A stretch of DNA of 54,980 nucleotides from an uncultured Anaerolineales bacterium. Its GTDB lineage: Bacteria; Chloroflexota; Anaerolineae; Anaerolineales; UBA11858. The stretch spans positions 1 through 54,980 of the forward strand of contig CAZPSL010000213.1 of assembly GCA_964589145.1 (NCBI GenBank), given 5' to 3'. Shown piece after piece: positions 35,768 through 45,600 of the stretch; the stretch's first letter is position 1, and every line of letters starts with the position of its first letter. The translations under genes were made by a program, and so were the position numbers. The notes below the pieces were generated by a model that searched no databases, was not told the origin of the DNA, and saw nothing but the letters and a program-made list of their open reading frames with translations.

Positions 35768-35802
35768 ACAAAAGTAGGGGCGTAATTCACTTACGCCCCT
35801 AC
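35768..35802 (-). terminator. Rho-independent terminator of pnp
   Basis: On the minus strand, gtaggggcgtaa gtgaa ttacgcccctac is followed by ttttg. Confidence 0.7.
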
Positions 35803-35827
35803 CGGGTATCGCCTGTCAGGGAATCTT

Positions 35828-38017
35828 TCAGCGTCGGCTGCGGTTGTTGCTGCGGCGGTTGCCGTGGCGTGAACCAGAGCGGCGGCTGCGCCCGGCGCGG
35901 TCGCGCTCGATGGCTTCTTCCGCCGTCCAGCCTTCCAGTACAGCCTGACGGGAAAGACGGATTTTGCCGTTGGGTTCGATCTCAATCACCATCACGGTGA
36001 TCTCGTCGCCCAGGTTGACCACGTCCTCGACGCGGTTGACGCGTCCGGTATCCAACTGCGAGATATGAACCAGCCCATCCTGTCCGGGGACGATTTCCAC
36101 AAATGCGCCGAAATCCTTGACGCCGGTCACTTTGCCGGTATAGATGCGGCCAATTTCCGGAGTTTCGGTCAGGGCTTCGATCTGCTCGCGGGCTGCGCGG
36201 GCGCTATCACCATCGGCGGTGGCGATGAACACGGTGCCATCCTCGCCGATGTCAATCTTCGCCCCGGTCTCCTCCTGGATGCCGCGGATGATCTTCCCGC
36301 CTGGGCCAATCACCGCGCCGATTTTGTCCACCGGGATTTTGACCGTGATGATATGCGGAGCGTGAGATTTGAGATCAGAGCGCGGTTCGGAAATCACTTC
36401 CATCATCTTGCCCATGATGTAGTTGCGTCCCTCGCGGGCCTGCGCCAGCGCTTCGGACATCAGTTCGGCGGTAATGCCCTTGATTTTGATGTCCATCTGC
36501 AAGGCGGTGATACCCTTGTCCGTCCCGGTGACTTTGAAGTCCATATCGCCGAGATGATCTTCCATGCCGAGGATGTCGGTCAGGATGGCGTATTTCTCGC
36601 CTTCCTTGATCAACCCCATCGCCACGCCCGCTACCGGTGCCTTGATCGGCACGCCGGTGTCCATCAGTGCCAGGGTGGAACCGCAAGTGGAGGCCATCGA
36701 GGAGGAACCGTTGGAGGACAGAACCTCGGAGACCAGGCGCAGGGTGTAGGGGAACTCCTTCTCGGAGGGGATCACCGGCAGCAGGGCACGCTCGGCGAGC
36801 GCGCCGTGGCCGATTTCCCGGCGGGAGGAGCCGCGCAGGAAGCGCGTCTCGCCCGTGCAGAAAGGCGGGAAATTGTAGTGGTGGATGTAGCGTTTCTCGT
36901 CGCGGGGGGTCAGGTTATCGAGCGACTGGGCGTCACGCGGCGTCCCCAGAGTCGCCAGGGTGAGTACCTGCGTTTCCCCGCGGGTAAACAGGCCGGAACC
37001 GTGCGCCCGCGGGCTGACTCCAACCTCGCACCAGATTTCGCGTACATCGGTCGGGGTGCGGCCATCAGGGCGGATGCCCTGTTCCAGAATGCGCTGGCGG
37101 ACAACCTTTTTGAAAGCGTCCTCGAAAGCGGATTTGACGCTGCGCACCATTTCAGGGTCATCTTCAGGGACTTCGGCGACCAGTTCAGCCTTGAGCGCGT
37201 CCAGCGCGCCGTAAAACTCGTGCTTGACGTAAGGCTGCGCCAGAATCTCGTTCAGGCGGGAGGCGACCTTGTTGTAAACCTCGTCCTTGACAGATTCGAT
37301 CACACCGAAGGATGGGTAATCGCGCTTGGGTTTCCCGACCTCGGCAGCCATCTGCTTGATGGTGTTGATAATCGGCTGGATACTGGCATGACCAAACTCC
37401 AACGCGGCGACCATCACTTCCTCGGTGACTTCCTTCGCCCCGGCTTCGACCATCAGGACGGCTTCGCTCGTCCCGGCCAGGCGCAAATCCAGGTCGGATT
37501 CTTCCAGTTGCGCGAAGGTCGGGTTGACGATGAACTCGCCGTCAATGCGCCCGATGCGCACCGCACCTACCGGCCCGTCCCAGGGGATGTCGGAAATCGA
37601 CAGGGCTGCGGAAGCAGCATTGACCGCCAGAATGTCCAGCGGGTTTTCGCCGTCGGCAGACCAGGCGTACAGGATAACCTGCACATCGTTGCGCATGTCC
37701 TTGGGGAACAGCGGGCGCAGCGGGCGGTCGGTGAGGCGGGCGGTGAGGATGGCCTCCTCGGTGGGGCGTCCCTCGCGGCGGAAGAAAGAACCGGGAATAC
37801 GCCCACCGGCGTACATCCGCTCCTCGTAGTCCACGCTGAGGGGGAAAAAGTCAATCCCCTCACGGGGAGTGTTGCTCATGGTGGCAACGCCGAAAATCTG
37901 AGCCTCGCCCAACTGCACGGTGACAGCACCGCCAGCCTGGGCAGCCAGTTTTCCGGTTTCGAAAGTCATTGTTTTACCGCCGACTTCCACTTGATAAACA
38001 TGGTTTTCGGGTTTCAT
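35828..38017 (-). CDS. pnp: Polyribonucleotide nucleotidyltransferase (PNPase)
   Basis: ORF trimmed to the ATG at 38017 (RBS aggag). Two RNase PH domains plus KH and S1 ([20 protein letters not shown]) and an Arg-rich tail. Confidence 0.93.
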   Translation of the reverse strand: MKPENHVYQVEVGGKTMTFETGKLAAQAGGAVTVQLGEAQIFGVATMSNTPREGIDFFPLSVDYEERMYAGGRIPGSFFRREGRPTEEAILTARLTDRPLRPLFPKDMRNDVQVILYAWSADGENPLDILAVNAASAALSISDIPWDGPVGAVRIGRIDGEFIVNPTFAQLEESDLDLRLAGTSEAVLMVEAGAKEVTEEVMVAALEFGHASIQPIINTIKQMAAEVGKPKRDYPSFGVIESVKDEVYNKVASRLNEILAQPYVKHEFYGALDALKAELVAEVPEDDPEMVRSVKSAFEDAFKKVVRQRILEQGIRPDGRTPTDVREIWCEVGVSPRAHGSGLFTRGETQVLTLATLGTPRDAQSLDNLTPRDEKRYIHHYNFPPFCTGETRFLRGSSRREIGHGALAERALLPVIPSEKEFPYTLRLVSEVLSSNGSSSMASTCGSTLALMDTGVPIKAPVAGVAMGLIKEGEKYAILTDILGMEDHLGDMDFKVTGTDKGITALQMDIKIKGITAELMSEALAQAREGRNYIMGKMMEVISEPRSDLKSHAPHIITVKIPVDKIGAVIGPGGKIIRGIQEETGAKIDIGEDGTVFIATADGDSARAAREQIEALTETPEIGRIYTGKVTGVKDFGAFVEIVPGQDGLVHISQLDTGRVNRVEDVVNLGDEITVMVIEIEPNGKIRLSRQAVLEGWTAEEAIERDRAGRSRRSGSRHGNRRSNNRSRR

Positions 38018-38082
38018 CAGAACTCCTGTGTTTGATGTGGCTCGCGGGTTCCTCCCGCGCAGCCGTGATGTCACCCGCCGGT

Positions 38083-38316
38083 CAGGGATTGGGGTTCACC
38101 GGCGACCGCGCGGGTCGTCGCCAAATCCCAATTCCTAACTCGAGGGCGGGTGTTGAAGAATGGGCAGCGGATAGAGCAACGGATAGGGAAACGGATAAAC
38201 GGAGAGCAAGGGCAGCGGATAAGAAGCGGATTAGCGGATAACGGATGTCAGACGATACCGAATCTCCAATCCCTAATCCCCAACTTTCCAACTGCCGACA
38301 ACCAAATCCCCACCCT
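38083..38316. repeat. Long degenerate short-period repeat tract in the rpsO-pnp spacer
   Basis: Left end cagggattggggtt. Middle cggatagagcaacggatagggaaacggataaacgga..gcggataagaagcggattagcggataacggat. Right end ctccaatccctaatccccaactttccaac. The outer arms are reverse-complementary. Confidence 0.8.
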
Positions 38317-38320
38317 TTAA

Positions 38321-38360
38321 GAAAAAAGAGTAGATGATAGACCTGCTCGACCATCTACTC
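38321..38360 (-). terminator. Rho-independent terminator of rpsO
   Basis: On the minus strand, gagtagatg gtcgagcaggtctat catctactc is followed by ttttttc. Confidence 0.75.
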
Positions 38361-38371
38361 CGGTCACACAA

Positions 38372-38644
38372 TTACTTGCGGCGAATGCCGAGTTGGTCGG
38401 TCAACGCCAGGTAACGCTGGTAATCGTTGCGGCGGACATAAGCCAGCAACCGGCGGCGGCGGCCAACCAGTTTTAGCAGCCCGCGGCGGGATGATTCGTC
38501 GTGCTTGTGGATACGCAGGTGATCCGTCAGATGGGTGATCCGCTTGGTGAGGATCGCGATCTGCACCTCAGGCGAGCCGGTATCTCCTTCGTGGCGGCCA
38601 TACTCGCGCATCAGTTCCTGTTTTGTTTCTTTATCCATAGTCAT
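38372..38644 (-). CDS. rpsO: 30S ribosomal protein S15
   Basis: 90-aa ORF with [35 protein letters not shown]. Confidence 0.93.
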   Translation of the reverse strand: MTMDKETKQELMREYGRHEGDTGSPEVQIAILTKRITHLTDHLRIHKHDESSRRGLLKLVGRRRRLLAYVRRNDYQRYLALTDQLGIRRK

Positions 38645-38766
38645 GACATCTGCTCCTTGTGCTTAATTTTTTGCTGGGCAGGTCTCCAGGATGGCAGAAA
38701 AAATCCGCCAACCGGTCGAGTCAGCGGCGGGATTATACCAGAGAGGGGAACAGGCGGCAAGCGGAA

Positions 38767-39585
38767 TCAGCGGTGGCTCGCGCGTCTCCGTTCCCGGAGG
38801 TCGGTGCGCAGGGTTTCTGCCAGTTCCGCCGGGAAGACATCCAGACTTTTGCGGGTGATGACCTCCAGCCCGGCCTTGTGGGGGGCTTGCAGATTTTTTT
38901 GCAGGAAGTACGCGGTCTCCCGGGGTGACCGCCGCCCCAGGGCGCGTACCGCGCTCAGCAGGTCGCCCTCCAGAGTGGATTCCGCATCCCGCAGGAGGGG
39001 TGCCAGCAGACGGAAAAGGACGGGCAGATTCTCGAACTGCGGGCTGGCAACCAGCCCCGGAATGGCGCGCAACCCCAGTTTCCGGGAAAGCGCATCTCCC
39101 CCCCGGAGCCAGCGTTCCACCTGACGCAGGAATCCATCCGGGTCTTCATCCCGCAAACGGGATGCGCCGCGCGAGAGCAGGGCATCCGTGAGAGTCTCAT
39201 CCCGGCAGGACTGTCCCCAGGTCTGCAAGCGTTCCGAAATCGTATCCGCCTCCGTCAGCGGCAGTGCCCCCAGAATGTGAACCGCCAGCATCCGGCTCTC
39301 GAACCAGGCATCCGCCCAAAGCGCATCCGCCAGGGTAAGCGCACCATCCGGGTCGGATTGCACCCGCGGGAGCAGGTCGGCCTCGATGCGGCGCAGCACC
39401 TGACGGGGCGCGTTGTAGGCCTGGATTAACGGCTTGGGCTTGCCGGTCAGGCCGGGGCGGCGGGTGCGGTCGGCGTAAAAATCGAGCAGGGCGTGCAGTT
39501 CGCGGATGAACGCTTCCGGCTCGGCAAAATGCGCCAGCAAATCGCTGACTTGCGTTTTGAGGCGGGCGGGCTGGATGGCGGGCAT
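38767..39585 (-). CDS. Hypothetical HEAT/ARM-like helical repeat protein (possibly DNA-alkylation-repair AlkD-like)
   Basis: 272-aa ORF predicted to be helical. It has a W..W.ESRMLAVHILG-type repeat. The family call is tentative. Confidence 0.45.
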   Translation of the reverse strand: MPAIQPARLKTQVSDLLAHFAEPEAFIRELHALLDFYADRTRRPGLTGKPKPLIQAYNAPRQVLRRIEADLLPRVQSDPDGALTLADALWADAWFESRMLAVHILGALPLTEADTISERLQTWGQSCRDETLTDALLSRGASRLRDEDPDGFLRQVERWLRGGDALSRKLGLRAIPGLVASPQFENLPVLFRLLAPLLRDAESTLEGDLLSAVRALGRRSPRETAYFLQKNLQAPHKAGLEVITRKSLDVFPAELAETLRTDLRERRRASHR

Positions 39586-39618
39586 AGGCTGGGATTAGAG
39601 GCTGTTATGCACTTTCTG

Positions 39619-39826
39619 TGATGCAGACAGCAGAAAACCCGCTGTTTCCCCATCCCCCCTGTGTCCCCCCTCACCCTTCGGGCAGGCTTCGCACTCCCCA
39701 GGGAAGGGGGGAACAATCGCCAAGTGGTGTATTTTCGAGCACTTCGTGCCCGAAAATACACCACAAGGTGATTCCCCTCCCCCTGAGGGGGAGGGGCTAG
39801 GGGTGGGGGAGATAGAAAAATTCATA
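39619..39826. repeat. Degenerate member or fragments of the modular repeat family
   Basis: Degenerate TIR-like gatgcagacagcagaaaa, then the cacccttcgggcaggcttcgcactccccagggaagggggg module. Next come the ggtgtattttcg..cgaaaatacacc hairpin (39726-39762) and a cccctccccctgagggggagggg hairpin. Confidence 0.6.
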
Positions 39827-39833
39827 ACAGAGT

Positions 39834-40424
39834 CTAGGAATTGGCGATTGGAGATTTCAGCAAAATGTCATACGCGGCGCGGACATCGGGTGCGAATGTG
39901 ACCAGGGAGCGGTGTTTTTCGAGGGTGTATTCGCCCATGTTGGCGTACATCGCTGCGAAGGTGGCACGCCAGCCCTCGCCGACCAGAATCAGCGGGCGGA
40001 TGGGGATGGCTTCGATTTGCATCTGCGACCACATCAGCGCGATCTCGGTCAGCGTGCCGACCCCGCCGGGGAGCGCAATGGCGGCATCGCAGCCTTCAAT
40101 CAGTGCATCCAGCCGCGCCTTCAGGGTCGGGAATCGCCGCTCCTCCTGCACCCAGCGGTTGGGCTTCACCGGACGCCAGGCTTCAATTTCGTCGCAGGTC
40201 ACGCCGATGACATGCCCGCCCGCCTCCGCCGCGCCGCGGGAGACGGCCTCCATTGTGCCGATATAGCCGCCGGTCAGCACCGCGAAACCCGCCGCGCCGA
40301 GCAGTTTGCCCAATTCATAGGCATTCCGGTAGGCCGGTTCCCCCGGCCTGGGCAGCGAACCGCCAAAGACGGTAACGCGCCTCGCCGGGAAGCTGGGTGT
40401 TGGTTGCATGTTTGTATCGCTCAT
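39834..40424 (-). CDS. LOG-family (TIGR00730) nucleotide phosphoribohydrolase-like protein
   Basis: ORF 39834..40922 trimmed to the ATG at 40424 (RBS ggaga); the longer form reads through a MITE. Contains GGYIGTMEA and PGGVGTLTE motifs. Confidence 0.82.
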   Translation of the reverse strand: MSDTNMQPTPSFPARRVTVFGGSLPRPGEPAYRNAYELGKLLGAAGFAVLTGGYIGTMEAVSRGAAEAGGHVIGVTCDEIEAWRPVKPNRWVQEERRFPTLKARLDALIEGCDAAIALPGGVGTLTEIALMWSQMQIEAIPIRPLILVGEGWRATFAAMYANMGEYTLEKHRSLVTFAPDVRAAYDILLKSPIANS

Positions 40425-40506
40425 AAGTTCTCCACTCGCCGACTCGCTGACTCGCATTGTACGCCAGAAACCGCCAATCCGCAAACAAACTTCGCAGCCG
40501 GAAAAT

Positions 40507-40672
40507 GGGTGTAAGCAAAAGGCGTAGGACGCCGGTGTTCCCCCCTCCTCGCCCTCCCAAAATTTTCCGCTTTGGTTCCCCTCTCCCACAGAGAGAGGGG
40601 TTAGGGGTGAGGGAAAACTTACCCAAGGCAAGAGCAAACGGCACTCAATTTCTGCGTCTTTTGCTTGCCTCC
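40507..40672. mobile_element. MITE-like element (166 bp, diverged TIRs) in the divergent LOG / methyltransferase spacer
   Basis: Ends are gggtgtaagcaaaaggcgtaggac ... atttctgcgtcttttgcttgcctcc. Internal ccctctcccacagagagagggg module. Confidence 0.65.
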
Positions 40673-40714
40673 GAGCGCGGCCTGTCGTTGACACCCCCCA
40701 TCCCTGACGGTAGA

Positions 40715-41725
40715 ATGAACAGCATGAGCCGTACTGATAACAGCGAAGTAAAAGAACCAGCCGCGAAATATGCCCGATCAGATACATTGCCATCTTTTTT
40801 TGGGCAGCCTTTGCTTCGGGGAAAATTTTTATTGGACGGTGATTCGCATCCCGATTTAGAATCGCCGCAGTGCTTTTATGTACATCCAAACGGTGAGATT
40901 TGGATAGGTGATGCCATTGCATGGTTGCAAACTTTGGAAACGGAATCAGTAAACTTGGTGGTTGCTGACCCTCCTTACAACATCAAGAAAGCCCAGTGGG
41001 ACCACTTTAACTCCCATCGGGATTACGTTAACTGGTCTTTACAATGGATTGAACAAGCCGCTCGTGTGCTGAAACCCGATGGCACCTTGTACATTTTCGG
41101 GTTTTCGGAAATTTTGGCTGATTTGAAGCAGCCTGCTATGGAGTTTTTTCACAGTGTTCGTTGGCTAGTGTGGCATTACAAGAATAAAGCGAATCTGGGA
41201 AACGATTGGGGGCGGTCTCACGAAAGTGTACTCCATTTTCGCAAGAGCAAAACATTCACCTTCAATGTTGATAATGTTCGCATCCCATACGGGCGGCATA
41301 CTCTAAAGTATCCGGATCATCCGCAGGCAGAGACAAGTCAATACGGGAAAAATGCAGCCAACAAAAATCGTCGCTGGCAGCCCAATCCGAAAGGAGCAAA
41401 ACCCAGAGATGTGATTGAAATTCCCACGACGTGCAACGGTATGCATGAAAAAACCCCACATCCTACGCAGAAACCGGAAGAACTCCTGCGAAAATTCGTT
41501 CTTGCATCATCCAACCCAGGTGATTTGGTGATTGATCCCTTTTTAGGTTCCGGTACAACAGTGGTAGTTGCGGAGCAACTCAAACGGCAGTGGAAAGGAT
41601 GCGATATTTCGCTTGAGTACTGTCAATGGGCTGCCAATCGCATTGAATTAGTGGAGAACTGGTCGATAGAAAAGTGGATTGCTTATGACCGCCGTAACGC
41701 GGAGCGCAGGAAGTCGATACGATGA
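40715..41725 (+). CDS. Beta-class DNA methyltransferase (DPPY motif; probably N6-adenine, N4-cytosine not excluded)
   Basis: ORF 40457..41725 trimmed to the ATG at 40715. Motif IV VVADPPYN precedes motif I VIDPFLGSGTTVVVA, giving the IV-to-I order. The region is visibly AT-richer than its flanks. Confidence 0.85.
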   Translation: MNSMSRTDNSEVKEPAAKYARSDTLPSFFGQPLLRGKFLLDGDSHPDLESPQCFYVHPNGEIWIGDAIAWLQTLETESVNLVVADPPYNIKKAQWDHFNSHRDYVNWSLQWIEQAARVLKPDGTLYIFGFSEILADLKQPAMEFFHSVRWLVWHYKNKANLGNDWGRSHESVLHFRKSKTFTFNVDNVRIPYGRHTLKYPDHPQAETSQYGKNAANKNRRWQPNPKGAKPRDVIEIPTTCNGMHEKTPHPTQKPEELLRKFVLASSNPGDLVIDPFLGSGTTVVVAEQLKRQWKGCDISLEYCQWAANRIELVENWSIEKWIAYDRRNAERRKSIR

Positions 41726-42678
41726 ATATAATTACACTGAGCGATTTGCAGGCCAGCGTTCGAGATAGATCTGCTTTTAACAAGTTATCGGATTATCGCC
41801 AATTGGGGCAGGCTTTTTTGTCGTTGTTGGAATTGAGCCAGCCGACGCGAATTATTTCCCCATCTCAAAATCATTACATTTTTTATCAGTATGACGAGGA
41901 AACGTCTTATCGCATTACTCGTCCCTTGAATACACAGTTGTTTATCGAAAATGTGGACGAATTTACGCGTGCGTTTGACCGTTTTGGAGATTTCCTTGCC
42001 GACCTACGAAAATACGAGGATAAAGCGGCAACCCGCCCGGATGCTGAGAATTATTTGCGTTCTGGTGAAATTAATCGTGTGGTTTACACTGCCCAGCAGA
42101 TTGTAGGCTGTATCGGTGATTCTTTTCCCAGTCCTAATCAGTCCCGCAAGCGCGTAGGACAAATTTTTGAGCAGTTGGTTAGGCTTATCATACATGAAAC
42201 GGGGGTGCATTGTGACACTCGACGTATTACGGTTCCTATCCCTGGCGTTGATAATTATCAGATGTCGTATGAACTTGATTTGGTCTTTTCGCGAGATAAA
42301 GCGATTCTGACGTCAGAAACCAAGTATATTCACCCATCCGAAGTAGTCGGTTCGGTGAAAACAACCAGCAAGGACAGACTGGATAAGATATTTTTAGATA
42401 AATACTTGCTGACGCAATTTTTGGGACGTGAAATACCAGTTATTGCTATTTTCTTGCATGATGTGCAGCGTGCCAAACGCGGCAACAGCATATTTGGGAT
42501 TAATGCCACATTTAAAAGCAACCATTTCCTTGGATACTCAGTAGCACTTAATCGTTTGGATGGTGTTTATTACGTAGACCCGCGCCCGGAGATGGTGACA
42601 AATCCGCGTTTGAGTGCACAAATTCGAGATTTTCAGTATTTTTTGGTTTATGATCTGTGGACTTTATCCGCTCGGTGA
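41722..42678 (+). CDS. Hypothetical protein; candidate cognate type II restriction endonuclease
   Basis: 318-aa ORF whose ATG overlaps the methyltransferase stop (ATGA) and shares its AT-rich composition. Possible PD-(D/E)XK-like core YELDLVFS...VVGSVKTTSKDR. No family recognised. Confidence 0.55.
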   Translation: MNIITLSDLQASVRDRSAFNKLSDYRQLGQAFLSLLELSQPTRIISPSQNHYIFYQYDEETSYRITRPLNTQLFIENVDEFTRAFDRFGDFLADLRKYEDKAATRPDAENYLRSGEINRVVYTAQQIVGCIGDSFPSPNQSRKRVGQIFEQLVRLIIHETGVHCDTRRITVPIPGVDNYQMSYELDLVFSRDKAILTSETKYIHPSEVVGSVKTTSKDRLDKIFLDKYLLTQFLGREIPVIAIFLHDVQRAKRGNSIFGINATFKSNHFLGYSVALNRLDGVYYVDPRPEMVTNPRLSAQIRDFQYFLVYDLWTLSAR

Positions 42679-42683
42679 CACGA

Positions 42684-45600
42684 ATGAACCCCCTCCTTGA
42701 CGGTCTCAACCCCCAGCAGCAGCAGGCGGTGATGGCCGGAACCGGGCCGGTGCTGGTACTGGCGGGCCCCGGCTCCGGCAAAACCCGCGTACTCACGCAC
42801 CGCATCGCCTATCTGATTGGCTACCTGGGCGTGCGTCCTTACCACGTCCTGGCGGTGACCTTCACCAACAAGGCCGCCCGCGAGATGGAAGCCCGCGTCG
42901 AAAACCTGCTGGGGCAGTCCACCCGCGGGCTGACTTTGGGAACTTTCCACGCGGTTTGCGCCCGCATTCTGCGCCGCGAGGCCGAACACCTGCCCTTTGA
43001 CAGCAACTACGTCATCTTCGATGCCGACGACCAACTCTCCATCGTCAAGCGGGTGCTCAAAGACCTGAACGTCAACGACAAACTTTACCGTCCCCAGGGC
43101 GTCCACGCGGCCATTTCCAACGCCAAAAACGAACTGATTTTGCCCGATGCCTTCCCCGTGCAGACCTACCGGGACGAGGTGATCAAGCGCGTCTACGAGC
43201 GTTATCAGCAAGCCCTGCTGACCTCCAACGCCCTCGATTTTGACGACCTCCTGCTGTGGACCGCCCATCTGCTGGAGGAGCAGCCTGCCGTCCGCGAGCG
43301 TTACGCCCGCCGTTACGAGCACATCCTCGTGGATGAATTTCAGGATACCAACATGGCGCAGTACACCCTGCTGCGCCACCTGGCATCGTTCCACCGCAAC
43401 ATCTTCGTCGTCGGGGATGCCGACCAGTGTTTCCCGCCGGAGACGCCCGTGCAGACGCCGGAAGGCGCGCAGCCCATCGCGGATTTGCAAGCCGGTGAAC
43501 AGGTGATTGCCGCCAGCGGGCGCGGTTCCGTGCTGGCAGCGCGGGTCAACCGCGTTGGCAAACGCCATTTTGAAGGCGAACTGGTTGCCGTAAAAACGCA
43601 AAAGGGCCTGTCGTTCCGTGCCACGCCCAACCATATCGTGTTTACCCGCCTGGGGCTGAACCCCGGCCTGCACTACGTTTATCTGATGTACCGCCGGGAT
43701 AAAGGATACCGCATCGGTGTTGCCTCACATGCTCGCAGTGACGGGACGAATGCGCACAACCAAATCGGGCTGAGGGTTCGCAGCAACCAGGAGAAGGCCG
43801 ATAAAATGTGGGTTCTGCGCGTTTGCGAGGACCGTGCCGATGCCTATTACTGGGAATCGTTTTATGCGTTCACTTATGGCGTTCCGACAACGGTTTTCGA
43901 TGCTGCCGGGCGCAGCATGAAATTCACACAAGAGAAAATTGACCGGCTGTACGCCCAAATTGACACGCGCACCAATGCCCGCCGCCTGATGGAGGATTTG
44001 GGGCTGGATGAAAACTACCCCCATTACCGCCCGCAAGGGACTTTTCGCAACCTGGTCAACCTGCGCTATTTTGGTGATGGACGCAAAACAAAGTCCTCGC
44101 CCTGGCACGCGCATCGGGTGGATTTGTGGAGCAGCGAAGACGAACTCGCTCAAAAACTGAAATCTCAAGGGTATCACCCCCGCATTCGCAGCCGCAACAA
44201 CTGGCGCATCGGGTTCAGCCGTCTGCATTACGATGACATCCACGCGGTTGCCCGCAAACTCAGCGATGACCTCGGCGGAGCGGAAATTGTGGTCGGCGCG
44301 TTTCTGGTGGATAAAGGTGATTCGCCGCTCTCGCCGCGCTTTGCCCTGATGCCTGCCAGCCAACTTCACCCCTCGATGATCCTGGCGGTAGCGCAGGACG
44401 GCGAAATCGTGGAGGATGTGATCACCGAAGTTCACCGCGAACCGTATGAAGGCGATGTGTACGATTTGGAAGTGGATAACCTGCACAATTACCTCGCGGG
44501 CGGCATTGTGGTTCACAATTCCATCTACCGCTGGCGGGGCGCCGATTACCGCAACGTCCTGCGCTTTGAGCAGGATTTCCCCGATGCGCAGGTCATCCTG
44601 CTGGAGCAGCACTACCGCTCCACCCAGACCATCCTCGACACGGCGATGGCGGTGATTGACCGCAACCCCAACCGCAAGCGCAAGCAACTTTTCACCGAGC
44701 GCGGCCGCGGCCCCAAGGTCATCCTGCGCGAGACTTACGACGACCGCGAGCAGGCCGCCTTTGTGGTGGAGACCATCGCCAAACAGGTTGCCCGCCAAAA
44801 CCGCCAGCCCGGCGATTTCGCCGTCATGTACCGCACCAACGCCCAATCCCGCGTGCTGGAGGAAGCCTTTCTCGCCGCCGGATTGCCCTACAAACTGGTC
44901 GGGGCGCAGCGGTTTTACGGACGCCGCGAAATCAAGGACGTGATCGCCTACCTGCGGCTGGTTCACAACCCCAACGACCAGGTCAGCCTCGACCGGGTGA
45001 TCAACACTCCCACCCGCGGGATTGGCAGCAAAACCCAGGTCGCCCTGCGCACTGAAGCCCGGAAGTTGAATCTCACCCCTGGGGAACTGCTGCTCACCCT
45101 GGCGGCGGGCGACGAATCCCCGCAGGCGGAGCGGTTCACCCGCCGGGCGCTTCTGGCGCTCTCGCGGTTCGCGAAGATGCTCTCCACCTGGATTGCGCTC
45201 AGGGCCGAACTTCCTCCCCGCGACCTGATGGACAAAATCCTGGAAGATACGAATTACCGCACTTACATTGACGACGGCACGGATGAGGGCCGCAGCCGCT
45301 GGGAAAACGTGGTTGAACTGCGCCGGTTGGCGGCGGAATACCGTGACGAGGGGATGGAAGCCTTTTTGGAAGATGTTGCCCTGGTTTCCGACCAGGATAC
45401 CCTCGACGCGGATGCCAACGTCCCCACCCTGCTGACCCTGCACGCCGCCAAGGGGCTGGAGTTCCCCGTGGTGTTTATCGTCGGGCTGAACGACGGCACG
45501 CTGCCGCACATCCGCTCCTTCGACGAACCCGAATCGATGCAGGAGGAGCGCCGCCTGTTTTACGTTGGCATCACCCGCGCCAAAGATCAACTTTACCTGC

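Noticed and set aside
35614-35827. CIRCE (HrcA) operator upstream of groES
   Set aside because: I could not find TTAGCACTC-N9-GAGTGCTAA or a close palindromic variant by eye.
36065-38035. 656-aa plus-strand ORF
   Set aside because: It lies antisense to pnp, whose identity is unambiguous. It is a high-GC shadow ORF.
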